In this document: positions 46,853-57,492 of the stretch, one piece after another
Layout of the letters: every line of letters begins with the position of its first letter
Numbering within the stretch: position 1 is the first letter of the stretch
Assembly (NCBI GenBank): GCA_003331585.1
Contig: QOPG01000001.1
Span: forward strand, 50,209 to 114,208
DNA length: 64,000 nucleotides
Direction of reading: 5' to 3'
Source of the DNA: Gammaproteobacteria bacterium
Lineage (GTDB): Bacteria; Pseudomonadota; Gammaproteobacteria; Steroidobacterales; Woeseiaceae
Notes under the pieces: model-generated
Told to the model about the DNA's origin: nothing
Database searches by the model: none
Seen by the model: only the letters and a program-made list of their open reading frames with translations
Position numbers and translations under genes: made by a program

Positions 46853-48181
46853 ATGTCAAATCTTAATAAACTAAAGAATCGATTAGTAAGCGGTAAAATA
46901 GTTGCTTCAAAAAATATATTAAATAACCTTCATCCATCCGAATTAGCTCGCTTAATTGAATCAATGCCTTTGAATGAAAGAGCGATTATCTGGGAAATGA
47001 TAGATCAAAAAATTGAAGGTGAGATTCTTGTTGAGGTTTCTGATGAAGTGCGAGACGGTCTCTTAGCTAAAATGGATACCAATGAACTTATTACTGCTGT
47101 TGAAGGAATGGCTTTGGATGATCTGGCTGATCTGGTAGCAGATCTTCCTGAAACATTAATGCAGGAAGTAATAAAATCGATGGATCATCAAGATCGTGAT
47201 CGTCTTAAACAAGTAATGTCTTATGATGAAAATAGTGCCGGTGGACTAATGAACACTGATATCCTAACTATTAGGCCAGATGTAACAGTAGAAGTGGTAT
47301 TGAAATATCTTAGAAATCAAAATTCAATTCCCAATAGTACTGACTCAATCTTCGTTGTTAACAGAAATAATGAGTATAGAGGCGCTTTACTCTTATCAAA
47401 ACTTCTTACAGAGGATCCTGAAACACCTGTTTCGAGAATTATGTCGAAGAAAATACATCCAATAAATGTGGATAGCCCCTCAGAAAATGTTGTTTGGGAA
47501 TTTGAGAACAGAGATCTTCTGTCTGCTCCTGTTATTGATAATCAGAATAAACTTCTTGGTCGAATTACTATTGATGATGTTGTAGATGTCATCAGAGATG
47601 AGGCTGAACACTCACTAATGAGTGCAGCAGGCCTAGATGAAGAGGAAGATTTGTTCTCACCCGCCACCAGTAGCGCAAAAAAAAGAGCCATATGGTTGGG
47701 AGTTAATTTAGCTACGGCATTTCTTGCAGCGTCAGTCGTGGATATTTTTGAGACTACGCTTGATAAAATTGTTCTACTCGCCATTCTAATGCCAATTGTG
47801 CCAAGCATGGGAGGTGTTGCAGGAACACAATCACTTACCATAATGACACGTGCTCTAGCATTAGGACATATTGATCAATCAAACACCAAAGGTATTCTTA
47901 AAAAAGAAATACTTGTTGGAATAATTAATGGAATTCTATGGGCGATCGTAGTGGGAAGCCTAACATTTTTATGGTTTCAAGAACTATTAATAGGTCTAGT
48001 GATTGCAGGTGCGATGTCAATAAATCTGGTTATTGCCGCAATAGCAGGGTTTAGCCTGCCACTGATGCTCAGAAAACTAAAGATAGATCCAGCACTTGCA
48101 GGAGGGGTAATGCTCACAACAATAACAGATGTTATTGGATACATTTCTTTTCTTGGTCTCGGAGCAATTTTCTTGATTTAA
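46853..48181 (+). CDS. mgtE: magnesium transporter MgtE
   Basis: 442 aa with an N-domain, CBS pair and C-terminal TM domain (PIVPSMGGVAGTQS, ITDVIGY). Confidence 0.93.
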   Translation: MSNLNKLKNRLVSGKIVASKNILNNLHPSELARLIESMPLNERAIIWEMIDQKIEGEILVEVSDEVRDGLLAKMDTNELITAVEGMALDDLADLVADLPETLMQEVIKSMDHQDRDRLKQVMSYDENSAGGLMNTDILTIRPDVTVEVVLKYLRNQNSIPNSTDSIFVVNRNNEYRGALLLSKLLTEDPETPVSRIMSKKIHPINVDSPSENVVWEFENRDLLSAPVIDNQNKLLGRITIDDVVDVIRDEAEHSLMSAAGLDEEEDLFSPATSSAKKRAIWLGVNLATAFLAASVVDIFETTLDKIVLLAILMPIVPSMGGVAGTQSLTIMTRALALGHIDQSNTKGILKKEILVGIINGILWAIVVGSLTFLWFQELLIGLVIAGAMSINLVIAAIAGFSLPLMLRKLKIDPALAGGVMLTTITDVIGYISFLGLGAIFLI

Positions 48182-48186
48182 CTTTG

Positions 48187-49362
48187 CTAATGAAGCTCTT
48201 TAATTGCACCAGACAGCCCATCGAGTGTTAATGGGAACATTCTCCCTTCCATAAGATCATAAGTCAGCTTAACAGATGGTGTAAAATTCCAATTTTTCTC
48301 TGGTTCGGGATTGATCCAAACTGATTTTTTAAAATATTTTAACATCCTATTTATCCAGACTGATCCAGGCTCTTCATTCCAGTGCTCAATACTTCCACCT
48401 GGGTAAGCGATTTCATAGGGGCTCATTGTTGCATCTCCCACAAAAATCAATTTATATTCTGATCCATATTTATTGATTATCTCAGTCACTGGTATCACCT
48501 CATTATGTCTTCTTCTATTGTCTTTCCATAAGTTCTCGTAAAGGAAATTATGAAAATAAAAATACTCCAAATTCTTAAATTCACTGCTTGCAGCAGAAAA
48601 TAATTCCTCACAAACTCTGACGTGATCATCCATCGAACCTCCAACATCCAGACACAACAAAACTTTAATAGAATTGTGTTTTTCTGCAACCATTTTAAGG
48701 TCTAAAAGACCTGCATTTTTAGCCGTTTGATCAATTGTTTCTTGAACATCTAGTTCATCAGCAATTCCCTCTCGAGCAAATTTTCTCAATTGTCTGAGAG
48801 CTATTTTGATTCCTCTTGTTCCCAAGCTAACTGAATTATCTAGATTACGAAATTCTCTTTTATCCCATACTTTTATAGCACTTCTGTGTCTCGAACCAGC
48901 CTGGCCTATTCGTATACCTTCTGGATTATAACCATATGCACCAAAAGGAGAAGTGCCTGCAGTTCCTATCCATTTATTTCCTCCTTGATGACGATCTTTT
49001 TGCTCTTCAAATCTCTTTTTTAGAGTTTCAATAAGCTTTTCAAAACCGCCCATAGCTTCAATTTTTGCTCTTTCTTCTTCAGTTAACATTAGCTCAGCCT
49101 GCTTCCTCAGCCACTCTTCGGGAACATCAGAAAAAAGTTCATTTATAATTTTTTCAATACCTGAAAAATGTGCAGAAAAAATTTGATCAAACCGATCGTA
49201 TAAAGATTCATCTTTTATCATTATTGATCTGGATAAATAATAAAAATTTTCTACATTAAATTCTGCAAGGCTATTCTGCATTGCACTCAACAAATGAAGT
49301 AATTCAGTAATGGATGGTTTAAGACCACCTGCCCTCAACATAAAAAAGAACTTTATGAGCAT
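48187..49362 (-). CDS. VWA domain protein (CoxE-like partner of a MoxR ATPase)
   Basis: 391 aa. C-terminal VWA with MIDAS-like LDVGGSMD. Lies 3 nt downstream of the AAA gene. Confidence 0.75.
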   Translation of the reverse strand: MLIKFFFMLRAGGLKPSITELLHLLSAMQNSLAEFNVENFYYLSRSIMIKDESLYDRFDQIFSAHFSGIEKIINELFSDVPEEWLRKQAELMLTEEERAKIEAMGGFEKLIETLKKRFEEQKDRHQGGNKWIGTAGTSPFGAYGYNPEGIRIGQAGSRHRSAIKVWDKREFRNLDNSVSLGTRGIKIALRQLRKFAREGIADELDVQETIDQTAKNAGLLDLKMVAEKHNSIKVLLCLDVGGSMDDHVRVCEELFSAASSEFKNLEYFYFHNFLYENLWKDNRRRHNEVIPVTEIINKYGSEYKLIFVGDATMSPYEIAYPGGSIEHWNEEPGSVWINRMLKYFKKSVWINPEPEKNWNFTPSVKLTYDLMEGRMFPLTLDGLSGAIKELH

Positions 49363-49365
49363 AAT

Positions 49366-50217
49366 TTAACGATTTCTTGATTCCATAAAAATAAGCTGCT
49401 CAAAAAGATGAACATCTTGCTCATTCTTTAATAAGGCACCATAAAAAGGAGGAATGGATTTTTTGTTATCTGTATTCCTCAGAGCTTCTGCAGGAACATC
49501 CTCTGCTAATAGTAATTTTACCCAATCTAAAAGCTCTGAGGTTGATGGCTTTTTCTTAAGCCCCGGAACATCTCGAACTCTGTAAAAAGTATCCAATGCC
49601 TCCTTTAGTAGCATTTTTTTTAATTTTGGAAAATGCACATCAACAATTTTTTTCATTGTATTTTTATCGGGGAATTTTATGTAATGAAAAAAACATCTCC
49701 TTAAAAAAGCATCAGGAAGTTCTTTTTCATTATTACTAGTTATTATGATAATTGGGCGATTTTTTGCTTTTATCAATTCTTTAGTTTCATAAACATAAAA
49801 CTCCATGCGATCGAGTTCTCTCAGAAGATCATTCGGAAATTCTATATCGGCTTTATCGATTTCATCAATAAGGAGAACAGGTTGTATATCTGAATCAAAG
49901 GAGTCCCAGACTTTACCCTTGAGGATATAATTGGAGATATCATGAACCCTCTCATCACCAAGTTGAGAATCTCTGAGTCTTGAGACCGCATCATACTCAT
50001 ACAAACCTTGTTGAGCTTTTGTAGTAGATTTTATATGCCATTCAAAAAGAGGTTTTTCTAATGCTTTTGCAACTTCGATTGCTAATTGAGTCTTGCCGGT
50101 TCCTGGCTCACCTTTAACTAAAATTGGTCTTTCTAATTTCACGGCAGCGTTAACTGAGATCCTAAGATCATCAGTTGCTATATATGACTTTGTGCCTAAA
50201 AAGGAATTTGTGCTCAT
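49366..50217 (-). CDS. MoxR-like AAA+ ATPase (AAA_5, CoxD/NorQ-like)
   Basis: 283 aa. Walker A GEPGTGKT, Walker B LLIDEIDK. Confidence 0.85.
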   Translation of the reverse strand: MSTNSFLGTKSYIATDDLRISVNAAVKLERPILVKGEPGTGKTQLAIEVAKALEKPLFEWHIKSTTKAQQGLYEYDAVSRLRDSQLGDERVHDISNYILKGKVWDSFDSDIQPVLLIDEIDKADIEFPNDLLRELDRMEFYVYETKELIKAKNRPIIIITSNNEKELPDAFLRRCFFHYIKFPDKNTMKKIVDVHFPKLKKMLLKEALDTFYRVRDVPGLKKKPSTSELLDWVKLLLAEDVPAEALRNTDNKKSIPPFYGALLKNEQDVHLFEQLIFMESRNR

Positions 50218-50353
50218 ATTATCTAATCAATTTTTGGTGTTATTAACTTAATCTCAATTATATCTATGATTAATCACTATAAGTATATTTATCTCATCAA
50301 ATATTTATATATAATGTCAGATCATTTAAAATTCATTCCTCAAATTTAAACTT

Positions 50354-51724
50354 ATGAAGCGAAGACAATTTATTCAAGCAGCTTTTCTAGCTGGCACAAT
50401 GATTAAAAATTCTGTATCTAATGCGGCAGGTAAATCACCATTTGGCCCTTTAAGGGCCGATCCAAAGAAAATTCTAGACTTACCAAAAGGGTTTGATTAC
50501 ACCATTATTTCAGAGCAAAAAAAAGTAATGAGCGATGGTTTGCTCACTCCAGGACAAGCAGATGGAATGGCTGCTTTTCCGAATAAGAATGGCAATATAA
50601 ACCTTGTTTGTAATCATGAAAATCATCCTGCTAGTTTTCGTAACAGCGCTTTCGGTAACAGTAGCAAGTTATTAGACAAAATTGATAAAAATCTAGTTTA
50701 TGATTTAGGAAAAGAAATTACACCGGGCACAGGAGGCACGACAACGATTGAATATAATCCAATCACTCGATCAAAAATTAGACAGCATATGAGCTTGAGT
50801 GGAACCGAATATAATTGCGCTGGAGGAGCAACTCCATGGGGAAGTTGGCTCAGCTGTGAAGAGTGTTTTACAGATCCAGGTACAAGTTTTGAAAGAGAAA
50901 CAGTTATTAAAAGAGAAAAACGTCATGGGTATATATTTGAAGTTGATTCTTCTAGTAATAAAATCTCAGAACCAATTCCATTAAAAGATATGGGCAGATT
51001 TGAGCATGAGGCGGCAGCAGTTGATCCTGTCTCAGGTATCATTTATTTAACTGAAGATAAGCATCGAAGTCTCTTGTATCGATTTATTCCAAATGAAAAA
51101 AGCAATCTATCTGCTGGTGGTCAACTTCAAGCTTTATGCTTTTCAAAAAGAAAATCAATGGATACAAGAAATTGGTCAAGTCAATTAATTGATCAAGGAG
51201 AATGGCATGAAGCAAAATGGATCAATCTGGATAACGTAGATTCAGATAAGAATGATCTTAGATTAAGAGGGTTTGATCAAGGTGCTGCAAGATTCGCACG
51301 TGGTGAAGGTATTTGCTACTCAGATAATAGTGTTTTCATAACCGCAACTATTGGCGGCTCAGAAAGAATGGGTCAAGTTTTTGAGTATCGAATAAATAGG
51401 GAATCAAATGAAAATTTCATTGGTGCTGCTGGTCATATCAAATTATTAGCAGAGTCAACCTCAAAAAGCCTACTTCAACACGCTGATAATATAATTATGA
51501 GTCCATGGGGAGATCTTATTATATGTGAGGATACATATAACTATTGTGGACTAATTGGTATAAATCCAAATGGATCTCAGTATATTTTTGCTGATAATGC
51601 ATACACAAATTCTGAACTTTGTGGTGTCTGCTTTTCACCAAAAGGAGATATACTTTTCGTTAACGTACAAAACAAAGGTTTAACATTAGCGATTCATGGA
51701 CCTTTTTCTAGCTTATCTCCATGA
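50354..51724 (+). CDS. Tat-exported DUF839/PhoX-like beta-propeller protein
   Basis: 456 aa. Twin-arginine signal MKRRQFIQAAFLAG. PhoX-like blocks (NCAGGATPWGSWLSCEE, EHEAAAVDP). Confidence 0.65.
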   Translation: MKRRQFIQAAFLAGTMIKNSVSNAAGKSPFGPLRADPKKILDLPKGFDYTIISEQKKVMSDGLLTPGQADGMAAFPNKNGNINLVCNHENHPASFRNSAFGNSSKLLDKIDKNLVYDLGKEITPGTGGTTTIEYNPITRSKIRQHMSLSGTEYNCAGGATPWGSWLSCEECFTDPGTSFERETVIKREKRHGYIFEVDSSSNKISEPIPLKDMGRFEHEAAAVDPVSGIIYLTEDKHRSLLYRFIPNEKSNLSAGGQLQALCFSKRKSMDTRNWSSQLIDQGEWHEAKWINLDNVDSDKNDLRLRGFDQGAARFARGEGICYSDNSVFITATIGGSERMGQVFEYRINRESNENFIGAAGHIKLLAESTSKSLLQHADNIIMSPWGDLIICEDTYNYCGLIGINPNGSQYIFADNAYTNSELCGVCFSPKGDILFVNVQNKGLTLAIHGPFSSLSP

Positions 51725-52878
51725 ATCTCGAGCGCTTTTGCTGAAGGTAAGGTTTTATTCTCTATAAATTCCAGAAATGCGCCCCCACCGGTTGAAATAT
51801 AAGAGATTCCATCGGCAGCATCAAATTTATCAATCGCTGCAATGGTATCGCCACCGCCAGCTGCAGAGTATCCATTGCTGCACATAATTGCATTTGTAAT
51901 GTTTTTTGTTCCTTGACTGAATTCATCGAATTCAAATACACCAACCGGCCCATTCCAAATAATGGTTGCAGCTTTTTCTATTATTGCTTCGTATTTTTTT
52001 ACTGTTTTCGGCCCAATATCAAGTATTAGATCATCCTTTGATACATCTTCAATATTTTTTAAAATCGCTTTGCTTTCAACACTAAATTTCCTCGCAACAA
52101 GAACATCAAAAATTTCTGGAATGACACAACTATTTGCGGTGTCTTCAGATAATAATTTTGCGGTTACAAGCATGGATTCCTCATAAAGTGATGAACCAAT
52201 CTCATATCCCATGGCCTTCAAGACAGTATTAGCAATTCCGCCTCCAAGGATAAGGTAATCCACTGATTTTGCCAGTGAAGTAATGACTTCAAGTTTAGTG
52301 GATATCTTTGAACCTCCAACAATAGCCAGAAGAGGTCTTTTTGGATTACTAAATATACGTTGCAGAGATTCTAATTCGTAAGAAAAAAGAGGACCAATAC
52401 AAGCAATTTTTGCAAATTCTATAACACCGCATGTACTAGCATGGGATCGATGCGCTGATGCAAAAGCATCCATAACAAAAATATCACAAAGTTCTCCCAT
52501 TTTTTTAGAGAGGTCAGGATCATTGTTTTTTTCACCTTTCAAGAACCTTACATTCTCCATTAAAACAATATCACCGTTATTAATATCAAAGTTATTATCC
52601 CAATTTGAAATAAAACGAACTTCTCTTCTTAAAGCAGAAGATAAATTTTCTGCCACTGAATTAAGAGAAAAATCTTCTTCAAATATCCCTTCTCTCGGTC
52701 TTCCCATATGTGACATTAAAATAATTGAACAATTTGACTGAAGAGCTAGCTTAATGGTGGGTATAGTAGCTTTAATTCTGCTGTCATTTTCAATTATCCC
52801 ATTGGACATTGGGACATTTAAATCAACTCTTATTAAGACTCGCTTTCCTGAGAGATCTATCTCATTCATTTTTAACAT
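51694..52878 (-). CDS. pgk: phosphoglycerate kinase
   Basis: 394 aa. RVDLNVP and GGGDT motifs. The 3' end overlaps the convergent gene by 31 nt. Confidence 0.95.
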   Translation of the reverse strand: MLKMNEIDLSGKRVLIRVDLNVPMSNGIIENDSRIKATIPTIKLALQSNCSIILMSHMGRPREGIFEEDFSLNSVAENLSSALRREVRFISNWDNNFDINNGDIVLMENVRFLKGEKNNDPDLSKKMGELCDIFVMDAFASAHRSHASTCGVIEFAKIACIGPLFSYELESLQRIFSNPKRPLLAIVGGSKISTKLEVITSLAKSVDYLILGGGIANTVLKAMGYEIGSSLYEESMLVTAKLLSEDTANSCVIPEIFDVLVARKFSVESKAILKNIEDVSKDDLILDIGPKTVKKYEAIIEKAATIIWNGPVGVFEFDEFSQGTKNITNAIMCSNGYSAAGGGDTIAAIDKFDAADGISYISTGGGAFLEFIENKTLPSAKALEIHGDKLEKGP

Positions 52879-52921
52879 GAGATCATTCCATGCTTCATTT
52901 TATCTAGATAACCATTGAAGA

Positions 52922-53932
52922 CTATTGTGTCTTAGCCATAGCAATTGCGGTATCAAGCATCCTATGAGAAAAACCCCATTCGTTATCATACCAAGCAATC
53001 ACTTTCACAAAAGAACCTTGCATTACTTTTGTTAGTGTAGAATCATAGATTCCAGATGCAGAATGATGATTAAAATCAATAGAAACTAATGGTTCATCGC
53101 AATAACCCAAAATATCTTTGAGTTCATTTTTACTGGCATTTAGCATAATTTGATTAATTTCATCTATATTTGTATTTTTTTCAGGAACAAAACTCAGATC
53201 AACAGCAGATACATTTACCGTTGGAACCCGCATTGAGAATCCGTCTAGTCGACCATCTAATTCAGGCAAAACAAGACCTAAGCCTTTCGCCGCTCCTGTT
53301 TTTGTTGGAACTTGGGACATAGTAGCTGATCGCGCACGACGAGGATCATTATGAAAAGCATCAGTGAGCACTTGATCATTAGTGTAAGAATGAATTGTAG
53401 TCATCGAACCATGTTTAATACCGATACTCTCATGAAGAGGTTTCACCAACGGTGCAAGACAATTTGTCGTGCATGAGGCATTAGAAACAATTTTATGACT
53501 CTTTTCCAAAATATCATGATTTACGCCAAACACAATAGTGGCATCCATTTCTGTTCCTGGTGCAGAAATTAGGACTTGCTTAGCGCCTGCATTAATGTGT
53601 TTTGATGCACTTTCATAATCTCTAAATGCTCCTGTGCATTCTAAGACTATATCTATTTCCATGTCTCCCCATCTTAAGTTGGCGGGATCTCTATCATATA
53701 ACATCATTATTTTATCGCCATTAATGATAATTGACTCGCCATCACAGAAAACCTCTCCAGGAAATCTTCCATGAGCACTATCATATTTAAAGAGATGAGT
53801 TTTTGCTTGAGGCTCCCCTCTCCCATTGATAGCAATAATTTCTATCTCAGATCTTTTATCCGATTCGTAAAGTGCTCTGACAACATTTCTTCCGATTCTT
53901 CCAAAACCATTAATTGCTACCTTTATTGTCAA
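52922..53932 (-). CDS. gap: type I glyceraldehyde-3-phosphate dehydrogenase
   Basis: 336 aa. INGFGRIGR and active site [12 protein letters not shown]. Confidence 0.95.
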   Translation of the reverse strand: MTIKVAINGFGRIGRNVVRALYESDKRSEIEIIAINGRGEPQAKTHLFKYDSAHGRFPGEVFCDGESIIINGDKIMMLYDRDPANLRWGDMEIDIVLECTGAFRDYESASKHINAGAKQVLISAPGTEMDATIVFGVNHDILEKSHKIVSNASCTTNCLAPLVKPLHESIGIKHGSMTTIHSYTNDQVLTDAFHNDPRRARSATMSQVPTKTGAAKGLGLVLPELDGRLDGFSMRVPTVNVSAVDLSFVPEKNTNIDEINQIMLNASKNELKDILGYCDEPLVSIDFNHHSASGIYDSTLTKVMQGSFVKVIAWYDNEWGFSHRMLDTAIAMAKTQ

Positions 53933-53972
53933 CAGAATCTCCTAATCAATTATTTGCGTTGGTTTGTAGTTC

Positions 53973-56006
53973 CTAATTCTTATTCTTTTCAATAAGAGAT
54001 TTGGATCTTTCAAAAATATTATTTGAGCTGAAGCCAAAATATTCAAATAATTCGTCTGCAGGTGCTGATAATCCAAATGTATCTATCCCAATAACATCAC
54101 CTGATGAACCAACATACTGCCACCAATAATTGGTAACACCGGCCTCAATCGCTAAACGACATTTTACAGTTTCTGGAAGTACGGAAAGTTTATAATTATC
54201 TTCTTGCATATCAAATAACTCGGCACAAGGCATTGAAACAACTCTCACTGATATATTTTCCAATTCCAGCATTCTCGCTGCCCCCATCGTAATACCGACC
54301 TCTGATCCAGTTGCAATAAGAATTATTTCTGGTGTCTTCTCAGAATCTTTTAATATATAACCACCCTTTGAGATCGCCTGAATCTGACTTTGAGTTCTCT
54401 CTTGGTGTTCAAGTTTTTGGCGGGTTAGAACTAGGCTTGAAGGTCCGCTATTATTTTCAATGGCATGGCACCAAGAAGCAATTGTTTCAACCGCATCACA
54501 GGGTCGCCAAACATGCATATTAGGCATTATTCTCAAGCTTGCTACATGCTCTATTGGTTGGTGTGTTGGACCATCCTCACCTAGACCAATAGAATCATGA
54601 GTATAAACAAAAATATTTTTTATTTTCATTAATGCAGCCATTCTAAGAGCATTTCTTGCATAATCAGAAAACGTTAGAAAAGTTCCTGAGTAAGGAATAA
54701 CTCCGCCATGAAGTGTCATGCCATTACCTATAGCTGACATTCCAAACTCTCTAACACCATAATAAATATAATTACCGCTTTTGTTCGATTCATCATAGAC
54801 AGATGAAGTGTCATGTTTGGTTAAGTTTGAGCCTGTTAGGTCAGCTGATCCGCCTACCATTTCTGGTAAAAATGGAGCCAATTTATTGAGAGCTAAAAGA
54901 GATGATTGCCTTGTTGCAAGATCTATTGACTTTTGATTTACCTCTTCAATTGCTGCTTTAGAAGCTATCTTCCAATCATTGGGAAGATCTCCATTCATCC
55001 TCCTATTAAACTCCAAAGAAAGATCAGGAAATTTATCTGAATACTCCTTCAATAATTCTAGCCAGGATTGTTCGACGAGTTTTCCTTCTTCAGTGGCATT
55101 CCATGCATCATAAATATCACTAGGTATTTCAAATTCTGGATAATTCCAGTCCAATTCTTTCTTTGTTTTTTGTATTTCTTCTTCTCCTAGTGGGGCACCA
55201 TGACTACTTGCAGTCCCAGCTTTGTTTGGAGATCCAAATCCTATTTGAGTTTTGCATCGAATTAATGATGGTTTAGTTTTTTCATCAATGGCAGCTTGGA
55301 TTGCATTTGAGATATCTGCAGAATTATGGCCATCGATATCGTCAATTACTTGCCATCCATATGATTCAAAACGTTTAGATGTATCATCAGTAAACCATCC
55401 ACTTATCTCGCCATCAATTGAAATTCCATTATCGTCATAAAAACATATCAATTTTCCAAGACCCCACGTACCTGCCAGCGAGCATGCTTCATGAGAAATT
55501 CCTTCCATTAGGCACCCATCGCCCACAAAAACCCAAGTTTTATGATCTACAATCTCAAGATCTTGTTTATTGAAGGTTTCTGATAAAATTTTCTCTGATA
55601 AAGCCATACCGACAGCATTTGTTATACCCTGACCTAAGGGGCCTGTTGTGGTCTCTATTCCAATTTCAGGTTCTCTTTCTGGATGACCCGCTGTAATTTG
55701 ATTGAACTGCCTAAAATTTTTTATTTGCTCAATACTTAAAGGGTAACCAGTTAAATGAAGCAAGCTATATAAAAGCATTGAGCCGTGGCCATTGGATAAA
55801 ACAAATCGATCTCGATCTGCCCATCCTGGATTATTTGGATTGTGCTTTAAATAATCATTCCAGAGAACCTCTGCAATATCCGCCATTCCCATTGGCATAC
55901 CTGGATGGCCTGAATTGGCTTTTTGAACGGCATCCATACTGAGAGCCCTGATTGCATTAGCTAGCAATTGGCGATGATAAGGTTCATTAATATTATTATT
56001 TTTCAT
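53973..56006 (-). CDS. tkt: transketolase
   Basis: 677 aa. [11 protein letters not shown] and [13 protein letters not shown] motifs. Confidence 0.95.
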   Translation of the reverse strand: MKNNNINEPYHRQLLANAIRALSMDAVQKANSGHPGMPMGMADIAEVLWNDYLKHNPNNPGWADRDRFVLSNGHGSMLLYSLLHLTGYPLSIEQIKNFRQFNQITAGHPEREPEIGIETTTGPLGQGITNAVGMALSEKILSETFNKQDLEIVDHKTWVFVGDGCLMEGISHEACSLAGTWGLGKLICFYDDNGISIDGEISGWFTDDTSKRFESYGWQVIDDIDGHNSADISNAIQAAIDEKTKPSLIRCKTQIGFGSPNKAGTASSHGAPLGEEEIQKTKKELDWNYPEFEIPSDIYDAWNATEEGKLVEQSWLELLKEYSDKFPDLSLEFNRRMNGDLPNDWKIASKAAIEEVNQKSIDLATRQSSLLALNKLAPFLPEMVGGSADLTGSNLTKHDTSSVYDESNKSGNYIYYGVREFGMSAIGNGMTLHGGVIPYSGTFLTFSDYARNALRMAALMKIKNIFVYTHDSIGLGEDGPTHQPIEHVASLRIMPNMHVWRPCDAVETIASWCHAIENNSGPSSLVLTRQKLEHQERTQSQIQAISKGGYILKDSEKTPEIILIATGSEVGITMGAARMLELENISVRVVSMPCAELFDMQEDNYKLSVLPETVKCRLAIEAGVTNYWWQYVGSSGDVIGIDTFGLSAPADELFEYFGFSSNNIFERSKSLIEKNKN

Positions 56007-56239
56007 ATTAATTATGGAAAATCCACAGTTGATAACTTAATATCAGAGGGTTAATAAACTTAATCATTCTTTTTTTATTATTTTTTAGCTTAAGTCTTAA
56101 GAATATATAAATGGTATTTGTCTTACTAACTAATTATAGATTAGTTTGGTTAGATTATACAGATTAAAGATTTGTATTCATCATTCATAATTAATAAAAA
56201 ATTTAAAGTGATCAATAAAAAAATAAATATGAGGTACTT

Positions 56240-57409
56240 ATGAGTCAATCCTATCTTTTTACATCAGAATCAGTCTCTGCAGGTCATCCTGATAAAGTGT
56301 GCGACCAAATATCAGATGCGGTACTTGATGCATATCTTGAATTAGATGCTGATAGTAGAGTTGCATGTGAAACTATGATCAAAAACAATATGGTTTATAT
56401 TGCGGGAGAAATAACATCCAAGGGTAGCCCTGATCTCGAATCCGTTGTAAGGAAAACAATCAAAGAGATTGGTTATGATAATGATGACTATGGATTTAAT
56501 GGAGATAACTGCGAATTCACCAATCTAATTTCGGAACAATCTCCTGATATATCTCAAGGGGTAACTGAAGGGGAAGGTGAAAATTTGGAGCAAGGAGCTG
56601 GAGATCAAGGCTTGATGTTTGGCTACGCTTGCAATGAAACTGATTCATTAATGCCCTTACCCATAGATCTATCACATCGACTTGTAAAGCAACAAGCAGA
56701 TGTAATGAAAAGCGGCGAAATCAACTGGCTACGTCCTGATGCAAAAAGTCAAGTTAGTGTTATATATTCAGATAATGGCAAGAAAATAGAAGGATTATCT
56801 GCAATAGTTCTCTCTACTCAGCATGATGAAGATGTCTCTCAAGAAGAAATTAAGTCTGAAGTTATGAGTAAGATAATTAAACCCATTGTGCCAGAAGAAT
56901 GGTTACTAGATTCAACAGACATTTTTATCAATCCAACTGGTAAATTTGTTATCGGAGGGCCCGTAGGTGATTGTGGTCTAACAGGAAGAAAGATTATTGT
57001 TGATACTTATGGTGGAATGGCTAGACACGGTGGAGGCGCATTTTCTGGAAAGGATCCCTCAAAGGTTGATAGGTCTGCAGCATATGCATCAAGATATGTA
57101 GCAAAAAATATTGTTGCTGCAGGTTTAGCTGACTACTGTGAAATTCAAGTTTCATATGCTATCGGGGTCGCTAAACCTACATCAATTCATGTTGAAACTT
57201 TTAATAGTGAAAAAATTTCAAAAGATGAAATAATTAATATTGTTGAAACAAAATTTGATTTAAGACCTAAAAATCTAATTGAGATGTTAGATCTTAAAAA
57301 ACCTATCTATCTTCCAACAGCCGCATACGGACATTTTGGAAGGACTGATATTGATTTAAGTTGGGAGAGAACGGATAAGGCTCAAGCATTAAAAAAATAT
57401 CTAAAATAA
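56240..57409 (+). CDS. metK: S-adenosylmethionine synthetase
   Basis: 389 aa. [13 protein letters not shown] and [19 protein letters not shown]. Confidence 0.96.
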   Translation: MSQSYLFTSESVSAGHPDKVCDQISDAVLDAYLELDADSRVACETMIKNNMVYIAGEITSKGSPDLESVVRKTIKEIGYDNDDYGFNGDNCEFTNLISEQSPDISQGVTEGEGENLEQGAGDQGLMFGYACNETDSLMPLPIDLSHRLVKQQADVMKSGEINWLRPDAKSQVSVIYSDNGKKIEGLSAIVLSTQHDEDVSQEEIKSEVMSKIIKPIVPEEWLLDSTDIFINPTGKFVIGGPVGDCGLTGRKIIVDTYGGMARHGGGAFSGKDPSKVDRSAAYASRYVAKNIVAAGLADYCEIQVSYAIGVAKPTSIHVETFNSEKISKDEIINIVETKFDLRPKNLIEMLDLKKPIYLPTAAYGHFGRTDIDLSWERTDKAQALKKYLK

Positions 57410-57492
57410 ATAATAAAGAACTACTTTAAATTACAATATTTGACTCAACATATTCAAACTAATGCTTAAATTTTGTATAAGAGGAGAATGGC

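Noticed and set aside
48187-50217. MoxR AAA+ / VWA pair as a possible anti-phage defence system
   Set aside because: There is no nuclease, protease, TIR, sirtuin or other effector domain. There are no neighbouring defence or mobile genes. The locus is embedded in core housekeeping context, so a chaperone role is far more likely.
50218-50353. Pho box upstream of the PhoX-like gene
   Set aside because: There is only a single TGTCA half-site (ATGTCAGATCAT, about 50320) and no tandem CTGTCAT repeats at 11-bp spacing.
56007-56239. SAM riboswitch (SAM-II/SAM-V type) upstream of metK, and SAH riboswitch upstream of ahcY (57410-57492)
   Set aside because: Both leaders are very AT-rich. I could not find the conserved GC-paired helices or pseudoknot signature sequences. 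The ahcY leader is only 83 nt. An Rfam scan would be decisive.
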